Assembly (NCBI GenBank): GCA_001302245.1
Contig: LGYU01000015.1
Coordinates: 96,744 to 160,743 of the forward strand
Source of the DNA: Chitinophagaceae bacterium PMP191F
GTDB taxonomy: Bacteria > Bacteroidota > Bacteroidia > Chitinophagales > Chitinophagaceae
Reading direction: 5' to 3'
DNA length: 64,000 nucleotides
The translations under genes were made by a program, and so were the position numbers. The notes under the pieces are model-generated. The model was not told the origin of the DNA. It made no database searches and was given only the letters and a program-made list of their open reading frames with translations. Position 1 is the first letter of the stretch; every line of letters starts with the position of its first letter. Of the stretch, positions 20,311-30,344 are shown in pieces.

Positions 20311-21738
20311 TTACTGTGCGTTTGCAGGTTGTGTTTCGTTTGTTGCTGTACCTTTCTTCATATCGGTCAACATCAGCAATTCAAATAGAACAACCACAGA
20401 GAGGTATTCAAACAGGTAATCGAATAACAGAAAGCCTCCCAAAAGAAATAAAAGGTATTTGCCGTATGTAAGTTGCTTAAATCTTTTAAAAAAGAACCAT
20501 ACATAGGTAAAAATAAATAGCAGGAACCCTATAATGCCATATTCCCCAAAAAGCTGGTTGGCAAAGGAGTTGGGGAAATGCTTGATAGAATGGAAAGCTT
20601 TTGGCAGCAGATAGATCATTTTGAAGATCTGATAATGATCTTTTTCAAAGGCAGGGGAACGGTATTCCGGCACATAACGGAATAACCTTGACCCTTCTGT
20701 ATTGCCCAGTCCTGAAGTACGCAGCGCCAGGAATGATGAGTAACTGCCAACACCTGCGCCCAGTAAAAATGGTCCCGGACCGGAAAGCAGGTAGGCCCCG
20801 GTTTCTCTAAGGGATAGTACTTTTCCGTACCTGTCGCTGAGCGTGATCAATTCTGTTGAGTCACCATACCTAACCTCGTCATGAAAATGGGCGGCATTTT
20901 GCGATAAAATGGCTTTTTCATATTCAATCAATTCGTGTGTCTGGCTGGGTGTGGTATCGATTGAGTCTTTAAGATATCGCAGGTTGCTGGGGGAAACAAA
21001 CACGTAAAAGAGACCCAGCATCAGGAAACAGGCTATAATGGAGAACCGTATTTTTCTTTTACCTGAAAAAATGAAGCAGGCAACAAGCACCGGTATCAGA
21101 ATAATATTGGCAAAATTGCTGGTAGTAATGATGGCGATAGCGGCAGCCAGTAATGCGTAGATTATTTTCTCCCTGTACAGGAAAAAGAAAATAAAAAACG
21201 CATTCACCATCATGTTGATGTAACAGGGAGCCATAAACAATCCCTTAATGAAATCACCGGTAGATGCATTGAAACGTTCGTCGGTTACCGTGTACGGATT
21301 GATCGATCCGGATTGATACATGGTGAGCAGCAAGTTCAGCAATGATATACCGGCATTGATAAGAAAAAATACAGTAAGGGTTCTTGCAGTTTTTTCCTTA
21401 TCAATTGTATCAGTAATTGATCGGAGTTGATACAGGCATAAAAAACTGCAGATCCAGAAAGCGCATCCTATAGTAAAGGACGCAATATGTGCTTTGCTGA
21501 AATCGGTATTGAAAAAAACAAACTTCAGTAACTCAAATGCTACAATCAGCAGGTAGAACGTTGGTATGTTGCGTATTTTCTGTTTGAAACGAAAGTCGGG
21601 GTGCAATAGGTAGATAAGTACAATGCCTGCAGCTTTCAGTACTATTTTGTCAACAGTAAATACAAGCAGAAAGAGCAGCAGGGTAATGTGGATACTGTCC
21701 TTTATACTTTTTAATCTGTTTGTGGTGAGAAGGTTCAT
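20311..21738 (-). CDS. Polytopic membrane protein, possibly a second Wzy-like polymerase or O-antigen-ligase-like protein
   Basis: 475 aa. Many TM helices and a roughly 120-aa hydrophilic loop, which matches Wzy topology. No named motif was recognised. Confidence 0.45.
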   Translation of the reverse strand: MNLLTTNRLKSIKDSIHITLLLFLLVFTVDKIVLKAAGIVLIYLLHPDFRFKQKIRNIPTFYLLIVAFELLKFVFFNTDFSKAHIASFTIGCAFWICSFLCLYQLRSITDTIDKEKTARTLTVFFLINAGISLLNLLLTMYQSGSINPYTVTDERFNASTGDFIKGLFMAPCYINMMVNAFFIFFFLYREKIIYALLAAAIAIITTSNFANIILIPVLVACFIFSGKRKIRFSIIACFLMLGLFYVFVSPSNLRYLKDSIDTTPSQTHELIEYEKAILSQNAAHFHDEVRYGDSTELITLSDRYGKVLSLRETGAYLLSGPGPFLLGAGVGSYSSFLALRTSGLGNTEGSRLFRYVPEYRSPAFEKDHYQIFKMIYLLPKAFHSIKHFPNSFANQLFGEYGIIGFLLFIFTYVWFFFKRFKQLTYGKYLLFLLGGFLLFDYLFEYLSVVVLFELLMLTDMKKGTATNETQPANAQ

Positions 21739-21752
21739 CGTGATAAGGAATT

Positions 21753-22970
21753 TCAGGTTACATGGCGCATCGTTTTTATTACTTCATCATAATACAGTAT
21801 ATGATCCCTGACGGATGCAGTAATATTGAATTGTTGTTCAATGGTTCTTTTGCCGTTCTCTGCAATCTTTTTGCGTAACGTATCGTTTGTCAATAACAGG
21901 TGTATTGCATCAGCAATGCCCGGTATGTCATCGGGATCTATCAGTAGACCGTTTTCTTTATCAGTTACCAGTTCATGACCAGAGGAGCGTGATGTATTGA
22001 TAACCGCGCAGCCAACTGCCATAGCTTCAAGTGGTGCCAGCGCAAAGCATTCTGAATACGATGGAAACACTGCTGCTGTTGCTGCGGATAATTCACTGAA
22101 TAATATTTCCTGTGATACATGCCCTTTAAAATGCACAGAACTGCGGGCTGCAGGTGTCAGCAATACTTCCAATGCGGCCGTATCGCCTTTGCCATAAATA
22201 TCTAATGTGGCATCGGGATGGCTGGCATATACTTCATTCCAGGCTTTTAATAATGAAAAGATGCCTTTTTTGTATGTAAGCGTTCCGGTAAAAATGATCT
22301 TATTGTTGCTGCGGCTTACGCTCGGTTGCTCCGGCAGGTTGATGCAGTTGTATAATATTTTAATTGGGCGGTCAAGACCGAATAGAACGGCTGTTTTCTG
22401 CGCTGTGTACCTGCTTACAGAACACAAAGCGGTTGCTGTAGTCAGTAGTTTTTTTTCAGAATGATACACGTACTGTTTTACAGGTAAACCCAACTCTTGC
22501 CGGAAATATGAATGTGAGCCATTGAATTTTATCACCAGTGGCACTGACAAGCGGGGAAAGGAAATCGTTGCAAAACTGTTCTGAAAAAAAGTGTTCCAGT
22601 CCGGGCACTCTATAATATCAATCTGCTCTTTCTGTACCAGGTTGCTGATAAAGCGAAACATTTTCCCTACAGAATAAAGGGTGTCAAGCTGTAATAAAAG
22701 CGAATACTTCAGTAAACGGAATATTGTTTTGTCCTTAAAGGTGCCGGCATTGCTGTTAAACAGGCCTTTGTCGGTGACATACCGTAGCCGCCATACCTTT
22801 ACACCGTGATCTTCTTCGTAATCTTTCTGACCATATCCATGCGGGTATAATCCTGCTACGTATACACTATGTCCCTGGCGAACCAGTTCCCTGCCCAGCG
22901 TTTTGACCATTGTTCCGATACCACCATTCCTTCCCGGCGGGTATTCTTCACAAATGAACAATATCTTCAT
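21753..22970 (-). CDS. Glycosyltransferase family 4 (GT-B)
   Basis: N-terminus MKILFICEEYPPGRNGGIGTMV. C-terminal GT4 E-x7-E region (EGFGLAPLEAMA-like: ECFALAPLEAMAVGCAVI). Its ATG overlaps the TGA of the upstream flippase gene (ATGA). Confidence 0.8.
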   Translation of the reverse strand: MKILFICEEYPPGRNGGIGTMVKTLGRELVRQGHSVYVAGLYPHGYGQKDYEEDHGVKVWRLRYVTDKGLFNSNAGTFKDKTIFRLLKYSLLLQLDTLYSVGKMFRFISNLVQKEQIDIIECPDWNTFFQNSFATISFPRLSVPLVIKFNGSHSYFRQELGLPVKQYVYHSEKKLLTTATALCSVSRYTAQKTAVLFGLDRPIKILYNCINLPEQPSVSRSNNKIIFTGTLTYKKGIFSLLKAWNEVYASHPDATLDIYGKGDTAALEVLLTPAARSSVHFKGHVSQEILFSELSAATAAVFPSYSECFALAPLEAMAVGCAVINTSRSSGHELVTDKENGLLIDPDDIPGIADAIHLLLTNDTLRKKIAENGKRTIEQQFNITASVRDHILYYDEVIKTMRHVT

Positions 22971-24394
22971 CGTGATAAAAGCTTTTTTAATTGCGTAATG
23001 TCATCTTTCCTGATCAGCTTTACCATATACGCAGCACACAGATAAAGCAAAAGCCCTGCCGATGTTGATATAACTACATTAGTAAATATTTTTTTTGCAA
23101 TGAATACCGATATCGCAGAGATGATGATGCTGACAATGAGGGGTGTGAGCCGTACTTTTACCTGTTGTTGTTTTACAAAGTACTTATACAGAATAATCTG
23201 TAGCACTGTGCTTACAGAAAAAGCAATAGCAGCCCCGGTGGCGTACAGCAGGGGAATAAGAATAACGTTCAGCAATACATTGAACAGTGATACGGCTACT
23301 GTAATGTAAAAGGTAAGTCGCATCTGGCGCTGGGCAAATGCCATGGTCCAGAGGAAGTTGGTAAAATAGTGTAATGGCACTGAAACGGCCAGCAACAGGT
23401 AGACCAGTTCACTGGAGGTGCTGTATTTACCGGCTGTTAATACGTTCATCAGGGGAACCCATGTTATGCAGAAAAAGATCGGGATCAGCACTGAGAGAAA
23501 AGCCTCAATACGCAGCAGTAACCCCAGTTCAGCCGTTTTTTCCTGCGACAACTGTTCGTTGCTGAAATAGCGTACAAACTTGGGTAGTATTACCGGTGCC
23601 AGTATCAGCATAGGTAGCCTGGATATTTCAAATATCTTATATGCAAAGGAGTATTCGGCTGTTACAGATGCCCCCGCAACAATACCCAGTAAGATCCAGT
23701 CCACACGTGCAAGTGTTGAGTCAAATATCATTACACCCAATTGAGGCAGGGCTTCTTTTACCAGTGAAAAATATTTTTTTGTGTTGAAGTAGGGGACAAG
23801 CGTAATATCGAATTTTTTACGTGCCAGCAGTAATGAAACGGCTAATTCGCAAACAGCTGCAACGATAAAGATTTGTACCACCTTTTCAGTCTGGAAAACA
23901 CCCATCAGGATCAGTAACGATAACAAAACGCCTTTTACAAGGTTATTGCTGATCATCATAACGGCAAGATGTGTAAATGCTTCTTTACCATTGGCAAGTT
24001 GTTTAAACGGGCTTGATAGGAATGTTATCAGTACGCTGAGCCCAACGGAAGTAAGCAGGTAGTGCTTTAAGAAGAAACCGGGAAAAAAGTGGCGTGTGAT
24101 GAATAAGGCTGATACAAGTACAATACCTGCTGCCAGGTTGTGGAATATATGTAGTCCTGTAATCTGTTTAATGTTGTGACCCGATGCGATGCGTTTGAGT
24201 ACAATAAAATCAGTTCCCAGGCTGAAGATGGCAGTGATAACGGAAACAAAGGCAATGGTCCAGTTTAGTTCACCGTAATCTGTTTTACTTAGGAAGCGGG
24301 ATGTGAGATAGAAAACAACAAGGCCTAAAAATTGGTTTAGAACTATTTGTACCGTGCTGGCTGATAATGTTCTGAATAGGTTTCTCGAAGTCAT
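22967..24394 (-). CDS. Wzx-like oligosaccharide flippase (polysaccharide biosynthesis / MOP superfamily)
   Basis: 475 aa with 12-14 TM helices. The typical N-terminus is ...ASTVQIVLNQFLGLVVFYLTSRFLSKTDYGEL. Confidence 0.75.
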   Translation of the reverse strand: MTSRNLFRTLSASTVQIVLNQFLGLVVFYLTSRFLSKTDYGELNWTIAFVSVITAIFSLGTDFIVLKRIASGHNIKQITGLHIFHNLAAGIVLVSALFITRHFFPGFFLKHYLLTSVGLSVLITFLSSPFKQLANGKEAFTHLAVMMISNNLVKGVLLSLLILMGVFQTEKVVQIFIVAAVCELAVSLLLARKKFDITLVPYFNTKKYFSLVKEALPQLGVMIFDSTLARVDWILLGIVAGASVTAEYSFAYKIFEISRLPMLILAPVILPKFVRYFSNEQLSQEKTAELGLLLRIEAFLSVLIPIFFCITWVPLMNVLTAGKYSTSSELVYLLLAVSVPLHYFTNFLWTMAFAQRQMRLTFYITVAVSLFNVLLNVILIPLLYATGAAIAFSVSTVLQIILYKYFVKQQQVKVRLTPLIVSIIISAISVFIAKKIFTNVVISTSAGLLLYLCAAYMVKLIRKDDITQLKKLLSR

Positions 24395-24916
24395 GAAAAC
24401 TTTAAAAGGGCAAAAGAATGAATGGCTGTAATGTGCCTGTTGCCTGTTGTTTTGATTTTTGCAAAACTAACATAAGTGGTGTATCCGGTACAAAAGTTTT
24501 TATTTTTATTGGTACCATTACGAAGCTGCTATTAAAATACCATTAGGCAATTGCGCTGTAGACTCAGCAAGTAAAGAACTGTTAAATTATAAACAGGTAT
24601 ATATATCGTAACTTGCAGTATCTTGGTGCAGTAACTGCAATAACAAACGAAGAACAACGTACGGTGAGAGGCAATTTTAATTTTTTTTAGCCGTTTTTAG
24701 GCTCAAAAGTGTTAGCAGGTTGTTTTTGGTGCAACGTTTGTAATATCATGCTTGTCATAATGCTTACCGGTCAAAAACCGGTTTTAGGGAAAAATTACCA
24801 CTTCGTGGTATCAGCTTCCCGGGAATTTTAAATTTCTTTGCAACCAGGATTTTTACTGATTAGTTTAGTTGCAAGTAATTGAAGATGCGTGTTTTATAAG
24901 GCTTAACGAATAACCC
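24395..24916. promoter_or_regulatory. 520-bp AT-rich divergent control region between the wzx operon and the initiating sugar transferase
   Basis: No ORF of 60 aa or more. Contains the inverted repeat TTGCAGT-n14-ACTGCAA (24613-24640). Contains a direct repeat of TACCATTA (24553-24587). Contains the perfect palindrome aaaaccggtttt (24771-24782). Promoters for both divergent transcription units must lie here. Confidence 0.4.
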
Positions 24917-25675
24917 ATGATAGTAACTATTGCCAAAATCCAATCCTTTGAGCAAAGGCGTAATGCGGAGAAGGAACCTTTAAGAAGGTTTATTGATGAG
25001 CGTAAGAACTACTTTTTCTTCAAAAGGGTATTCGATCTTTCCGTTTCACTTCTTGTCACTGTTTTTATCTTAAGTTGGTTATTTCCCATTATAGCTATTC
25101 TGATCAAACTGGAATCCAGTGGCCCTGTATTCTTTGTACAACGTCGTGTGGGCCGGGGTGGACGAGCTTTTGCCTGCTTTAAGTTCAGAACTATGATTGT
25201 GAACAGTGAGGCCAATACGCGCCAGGCAAGGGAGAATGACGTGCGTATTACTAAGGTGGGTATGTTTTTACGCAAATCAAACCTGGATGAATTTCCTCAG
25301 TTTATAAATGTGTTATTAGGACACATGAGCATTGTAGGCCCACGTCCGCACATGCACGCAGATTGCAATAAGTTTTCCAAAACTGTAACCGGTTACAAAT
25401 TCAGGAACCTTGTAAAGCCGGGCATTACCGGTCTTGCACAGGTAAAGGGATACAGAGGTCCTACCAAGAATTTTGAAAGCATTTTCCACCGCTACCAGTT
25501 TGACGCTTTCTATGTACGCAATGCCAATTTCTGGCTGGATATGCGTATCATCCGGAAGACTGCTGCACAAACGATCAAGTCGCTTTTTCTCAAATTGTCT
25601 TCCCGCAAAAAACAGGAAGAACCCAGGATCGCTACACTCAAAGAGGCTTCCCAATCAGTTACCGTACTGAACTAG
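24917..25675 (+). CDS. Bacterial sugar transferase (polyprenyl-phosphate hexose-1-phosphate transferase, WbaP/WcaJ C-terminal-domain type)
   Basis: 252 aa with a single N-terminal TM helix. Signatures LDEFPQFINVLLGHMSIVGPRPH and GITGLAQV. Confidence 0.85.
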   Translation: MIVTIAKIQSFEQRRNAEKEPLRRFIDERKNYFFFKRVFDLSVSLLVTVFILSWLFPIIAILIKLESSGPVFFVQRRVGRGGRAFACFKFRTMIVNSEANTRQARENDVRITKVGMFLRKSNLDEFPQFINVLLGHMSIVGPRPHMHADCNKFSKTVTGYKFRNLVKPGITGLAQVKGYRGPTKNFESIFHRYQFDAFYVRNANFWLDMRIIRKTAAQTIKSLFLKLSSRKKQEEPRIATLKEASQSVTVLN

Positions 25676-25686
25676 CTGCTTCGGCA

Positions 25687-27228
25687 TTACCCCGCCCAAC
25701 CCGCTCTGTCCAGACTTCTGTATTGAATGGCTTCTGCAAGATGTTCAGATTGTATTATGTCACTTTCGGCCAGATCGGCTATTGTACGACTTACTTTCAG
25801 TATACGATCGTATGCACGCGCTGACAGATTCAGTTTCTGCATAGCTGTTTTTAACAGGTTTTCACCTGCCGGACGAATAACACACACTTCTTTTAGCATC
25901 CTGCTGCTGATCTGCGCATTGCAATAAACACCCGGTTGTTCCCGGTATCTTTCAGCCTGGATACTTCTTGCCCTGATCACTCTTTCCCGGATAACATTTG
26001 ATCCTTCACCACTCTTTGTTCCTGACAATTCTGAAAACGTTACGGGCGTGACTTCCACATGCAGGTCAATACGGTCTAATAACGGTCCGGATATTTTGTT
26101 GAGATATTTCTGCACGGCACCGGCAGCACAGGTACATTCTTTTTCAGGGTGATTGTAAAATCCGCAGGGACAGGGGTTCATAGATGCAATCAGCATAAAG
26201 CTGGCAGGAAAGTCTACGGCAACCCTTGCCCGTGAAATGGTCACTTTCCGTTCTTCCATCGGTTGACGCATTACTTCCAGCACAGTGCGTTTGAACTCCG
26301 GCAGTTCATCCAGGAACAATACACCGTTATGTGCCAGCGAAATTTCACCTGGTTGTGGCAAACCACCGCCACCTACCAATGCAGCATCGCTTACTGTATG
26401 GTGGGGTGAGCGGAATGGACGCCGGGCTATCAGGGAAGCATTGTCCGGAAGTTTGCCGGCTACTGAGTGGATCTTGGTGGTTTCAAGTGCTTCCGGCAGG
26501 GTAAGCGGTGGCAGGATGGTGGGAAGTCGTTTGGCCAGCATGGTTTTACCTGCTCCCGGAGGCCCGATCAATATGGCATTGTGGCCACCGGCAGCAGCAA
26601 TTTCCAGTGCACGTTTAATATTTTCCTGCCCCTTCACATCGCTGAAGTCAAACTCAAAATGATTACCCGCCTGGAAAAACTCTTCCCGGGTATTTACAAT
26701 AGTAGGCTGTAAGAAGGTTTCATTATTCAGAAAACCGATCACTTCGGTAATATGACTTACACCATATACTTCCAGGCTATTGACCATGGCTGCTTCACGG
26801 CAGTTCTGTACCGGCAGGATCAACCCTTTAAAACCTTCCCTTCTTGCTGTAATGGCAATGGGCAATGCGCCTTTGATGGGTTGAATGGTACCGTCAAGAT
26901 TCAGTTCGCCCATGATGATGTACTCACTGAGCTTATCTGTTTGTAGCAACTGTTCACTGGCAGCCAGTGTGCCGATAGCAATGGCAAGATCGAATGCTGA
27001 ACCGCTTTTCCTGATATCAGCCGGGGCCAGGCTTACCACCAGCTTGGTACGTGGCATGTGGAAGTTGTTGGTTTTAATGGCGCTTTCCACACGTTGCAGG
27101 CTTTCCTTTACTGCACTGTCTGGCAGCCCTACAATAAAATAATTGCTGCCGCCCATAACATTCACCTCTACGGTAATGGTAATGGCATCTACGCCGTATA
27201 CTGCGCTGCCAAAGGTTTTTACAAGCAT
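25687..27228 (-). CDS. YifB/ComM-family Mg-chelatase-like AAA+ ATPase
   Basis: 513 aa. Lon-like N-terminal domain. Walker A GPPGAGKTM, Walker B VLFLDELPEF, and a C-terminal ChlI-type region. Confidence 0.9.
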   Translation of the reverse strand: MLVKTFGSAVYGVDAITITVEVNVMGGSNYFIVGLPDSAVKESLQRVESAIKTNNFHMPRTKLVVSLAPADIRKSGSAFDLAIAIGTLAASEQLLQTDKLSEYIIMGELNLDGTIQPIKGALPIAITARREGFKGLILPVQNCREAAMVNSLEVYGVSHITEVIGFLNNETFLQPTIVNTREEFFQAGNHFEFDFSDVKGQENIKRALEIAAAGGHNAILIGPPGAGKTMLAKRLPTILPPLTLPEALETTKIHSVAGKLPDNASLIARRPFRSPHHTVSDAALVGGGGLPQPGEISLAHNGVLFLDELPEFKRTVLEVMRQPMEERKVTISRARVAVDFPASFMLIASMNPCPCGFYNHPEKECTCAAGAVQKYLNKISGPLLDRIDLHVEVTPVTFSELSGTKSGEGSNVIRERVIRARSIQAERYREQPGVYCNAQISSRMLKEVCVIRPAGENLLKTAMQKLNLSARAYDRILKVSRTIADLAESDIIQSEHLAEAIQYRSLDRAGWAG

Positions 27229-27359
27229 GGATATTGATTATGGTATGCTTAGAATATTGAACCGGGAAGATAAATAAAAAATATTTGTAATGTATCTGGT
27301 AGGCAGCAGATATCCTTTTCCGTAAGGGAAAATGTTTTCAACCTATCCATCGAAAATGA

Positions 27360-28964
27360 TTATAGTGCTTCTGTTATGGTGCCTTCAAACAGCAGTTTTA
27401 CGTTAGGGTCAAGCGAAACCTTTGCAGGTGTATTACCGGCAGGGATGGTGAAAGCCTGCTGTTGATCTTTTACGGTAAATGTATGTATAGTGGTTTTATT
27501 GCTTGCTGTTGTAACTGCTATTTCAATAGGGAACGTGAATATCCTGTCCTGCTTTTGTGAAAGTGTAATATGGATTGCTTTTTTTGTTGCGTCATATTTC
27601 CAGGTGGCGGCTATTGATGGTTGCGCAGGTGTGTACAACCACTGGCGGAAAAATAATTGCAGATCCTGTCCTGATGTTTCTTCAAATACTTTTCGCAGAT
27701 CTTCAGTAGATGCATTTTTTCCGGCATAGCGTGCATAATAAGTACGTATAGCTTTTCTGAATACGCTGTCTCCCGTTTGCATGCGCAGCATGTGCAATGC
27801 CCAGCCGCCTTTCTGGTACGAATTGGCATTGAGCAGTTCCATATAATCAGTAACTGTTGAATCAACCACCGGGCCATGATTATTTTTTGAAAAAGCGATC
27901 ACCTGGTTGCGGTTATTGGAAAGCATCTGGCGTGCAGTATCCTGTCCGTATTTATCTTCAAAATAGAGAATGGTCATATAAGTGGCAAAACCTTCGCTTA
28001 GCCACAGGTGCCGCCAATCTGTTTCTGTGGCCATATCGCCAAACCACTGGTGGGCTATTTCATGCGTTAACAGGGCTTCATTTTTACGCGTACCGGTTAC
28101 TGAATTTTCATGGTAAAAAATAGCGCCCGCGTTTTCCATGCCACCAAAGATGGTGGTAGACTGTACATTCGCCAGTTTCTCGTACGCATAGGGACCTATG
28201 TGTTCAATAAAATAGGGAAGAATGTCAACTGCCTGCGCGTAGTCGTAAAACCCCTTGTCTTTATCTTCAGGATATACCCAACTGTAAACAGGTATATTCT
28301 GTACTGTGCCTGATTGCTGTACCGCAAAATCAGCTACGCCTATTACCATTATTTTGGTGGGAAGGGCAATGGCTTCAGTATAAGAAGTTTGTTTCAGGTT
28401 ATTGTCCAGCGTTGCTTCATCGGTTTTACGACCATTGGCAACTACCTGGTAATGGGCTGGTGCTGTTACCGTAAAATCAACAGTGGCTTTATCGGCAGGA
28501 TGATCTATGCAGGGGATCCAGTGATGTGCCCTGTTGGGCCAGTTGTCTGCAAAGAATCCACGGTGATGGTATTTGTTGCTGGCAATGATCAGCCCGTCTG
28601 CAGGAATACCGGAATAGCTGATAACGATAGTTTGTGTATCTCCCTGCCTCGCGGTGGCCGGTAGTTGTATGTTTACCTGTTCATTGGTATGTGTAAAAGT
28701 AAGCGGTATATTATTGCTGGTGGTAACACTGCTTACCGTCATACCTTTGCCGGATGATCTTTTTTCTGTAAGATCAAACGACACGTTACCGGTGGGATGC
28801 AAAAAAGAAAGGCTGATCGTTGCTTTTCCCTGTATAGTGTTGTTGTCGTCAGAAAGCGTGATGGCATAATGGTAATGCTGTACATCAATAACCGCACCTG
28901 GTTTTTGCGCCGTGGTTACCAGGAAGCAGTAACATACTGTACAAAGTGCCAGTAGCTTTTTCAT
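27360..28964 (-). CDS. Secreted M1-family zinc aminopeptidase (aminopeptidase N-like)
   Basis: HEIAHQWFGD (HExxH) followed by WLSEGFATY (the third zinc ligand Glu). GAMEN-like GGMENAG motif. Signal peptide MKKLLAL at the preferred ATG 28964; the track start is at 28994. Confidence 0.85.
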   Translation of the reverse strand: MKKLLALCTVCYCFLVTTAQKPGAVIDVQHYHYAITLSDDNNTIQGKATISLSFLHPTGNVSFDLTEKRSSGKGMTVSSVTTSNNIPLTFTHTNEQVNIQLPATARQGDTQTIVISYSGIPADGLIIASNKYHHRGFFADNWPNRAHHWIPCIDHPADKATVDFTVTAPAHYQVVANGRKTDEATLDNNLKQTSYTEAIALPTKIMVIGVADFAVQQSGTVQNIPVYSWVYPEDKDKGFYDYAQAVDILPYFIEHIGPYAYEKLANVQSTTIFGGMENAGAIFYHENSVTGTRKNEALLTHEIAHQWFGDMATETDWRHLWLSEGFATYMTILYFEDKYGQDTARQMLSNNRNQVIAFSKNNHGPVVDSTVTDYMELLNANSYQKGGWALHMLRMQTGDSVFRKAIRTYYARYAGKNASTEDLRKVFEETSGQDLQLFFRQWLYTPAQPSIAATWKYDATKKAIHITLSQKQDRIFTFPIEIAVTTASNKTTIHTFTVKDQQQAFTIPAGNTPAKVSLDPNVKLLFEGTITEAL

Positions 28965-28999
28965 CCGGATTGATTTTACCGGAAGATAGGCCATTCCCG

Positions 29000-30316
29000 C
29001 TACAATTTTTCCAGCATTTCCACCACCTTTTCTCTTTTCAGGATAAGATAACCAAGCCTGTCGTTGCTGATACCGTTCTTCAGTATGTAGCTGAACTCCA
29101 GTTGATCATCTTTAACAGTAGTTTCAAAATACCTGAATGAGATGTTGGGGTATTGTTGTAGTTCTTCACCGATCTCGTACAGGTGGGTAGAGAGAATGAA
29201 TAACGAGTTCTTTATTTTGATCAGTCCTTTGATAACTGTAGAAGAGCATTTCATGGCATCCTGTACATTGGTGCCTTTGAACAGTTCATCAATCAACACC
29301 AGCCATTTGCGGCCATCATTGATCTTGAGAATGGTGTTGCGGATCCGTTGTACTTCATTGAAGAAATAGCTTTCGCCTTTTGCAATATTATCCACCACAT
29401 TGATATTGCTTAAAAGCCCATCAAAAAGTGTCAGTCGCATGTGAGTAGCAGGTACGCCCATGCCCAGGTGTGCAAGGAATACTGTACAGCCTACCGCTTT
29501 GATAAAAGTACTTTTACCCGCCATGTTAGCACCGGTAAGGAAAATGAAGTTACTGTCCTTATTCATGTTCACATCGTACGGTGTTGGTATTGGCAGCAGG
29601 ATATGGTACAATTGTGTGGCCGCAAGCATGGGTTGCTGCTGTTCTACAAACTCGGGAAAAGTAAGCCGGAATTTCTGCATGGCCAGTGCCATGGAATACC
29701 AGGCATCAAAACGGCCAAAAATATTGATCAGTTCAAATGCTGCATTTTTAAAATGCTCTTTGATGTAACCTCCGTAGTGAATGGTCTCTTTCCAGCTTAA
29801 TTCTTTAAGCTTATCGCGCTGACGCAGTTCTATCAGGATATCCCGGTTGAGCAGATCGCGCGCGCGGTCAAGATATTTTCGTGCCAGTAAAGGCGTGTTG
29901 TCGTGATCCAACAGTTCGATCAGTTCATAAATGCCACGTACAAAATCAGCAAAGTGTTTGATAGAATAGCGTACCAGTGCAAAATCGGGTGCATTAAATA
30001 CCCGGTAGGTCACTGCGTTCAGAATAAAATTTCCGGAAGGAATAGTATCAATAGCTGTATCGTAAAACCGTTCCATTACCATGATCGTACCATTGGTAAC
30101 AGTTGTGGGCCAGCGATCTATATTTTCAAATATGGTGCGGATGATCTGTTGTGTTTCCTGTATCTGTTTCAGATCATTGAAAGGATTACGGAAAAAGCGC
30201 ATCAGCCATTCCCTGCCTTCCAGAGTATTGGTAAAATTGAGTTTGTGAAAAATGGAAAACTCTTCTTCTGCCTGGAAAATGGCAAGATCGCTATAGGTGA
30301 TATTATCTAATTCCAT
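29000..30316 (-). CDS. MutS-family paralog containing only the core and ATPase domains; the N-terminal mismatch-recognition domain is absent
   Basis: 438 aa. Walker A LTGANMAGKSTFIKAVG, Walker B LVLIDELFKGTN, and ILSTHL (the MutS domain V STH motif). No MutS domain I is present. Confidence 0.75.
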   Translation of the reverse strand: MELDNITYSDLAIFQAEEEFSIFHKLNFTNTLEGREWLMRFFRNPFNDLKQIQETQQIIRTIFENIDRWPTTVTNGTIMVMERFYDTAIDTIPSGNFILNAVTYRVFNAPDFALVRYSIKHFADFVRGIYELIELLDHDNTPLLARKYLDRARDLLNRDILIELRQRDKLKELSWKETIHYGGYIKEHFKNAAFELINIFGRFDAWYSMALAMQKFRLTFPEFVEQQQPMLAATQLYHILLPIPTPYDVNMNKDSNFIFLTGANMAGKSTFIKAVGCTVFLAHLGMGVPATHMRLTLFDGLLSNINVVDNIAKGESYFFNEVQRIRNTILKINDGRKWLVLIDELFKGTNVQDAMKCSSTVIKGLIKIKNSLFILSTHLYEIGEELQQYPNISFRYFETTVKDDQLEFSYILKNGISNDRLGYLILKREKVVEMLEKL

Positions 30317-30344
30317 AATGATGCGCAGGGTTGTTTACAGAAAG

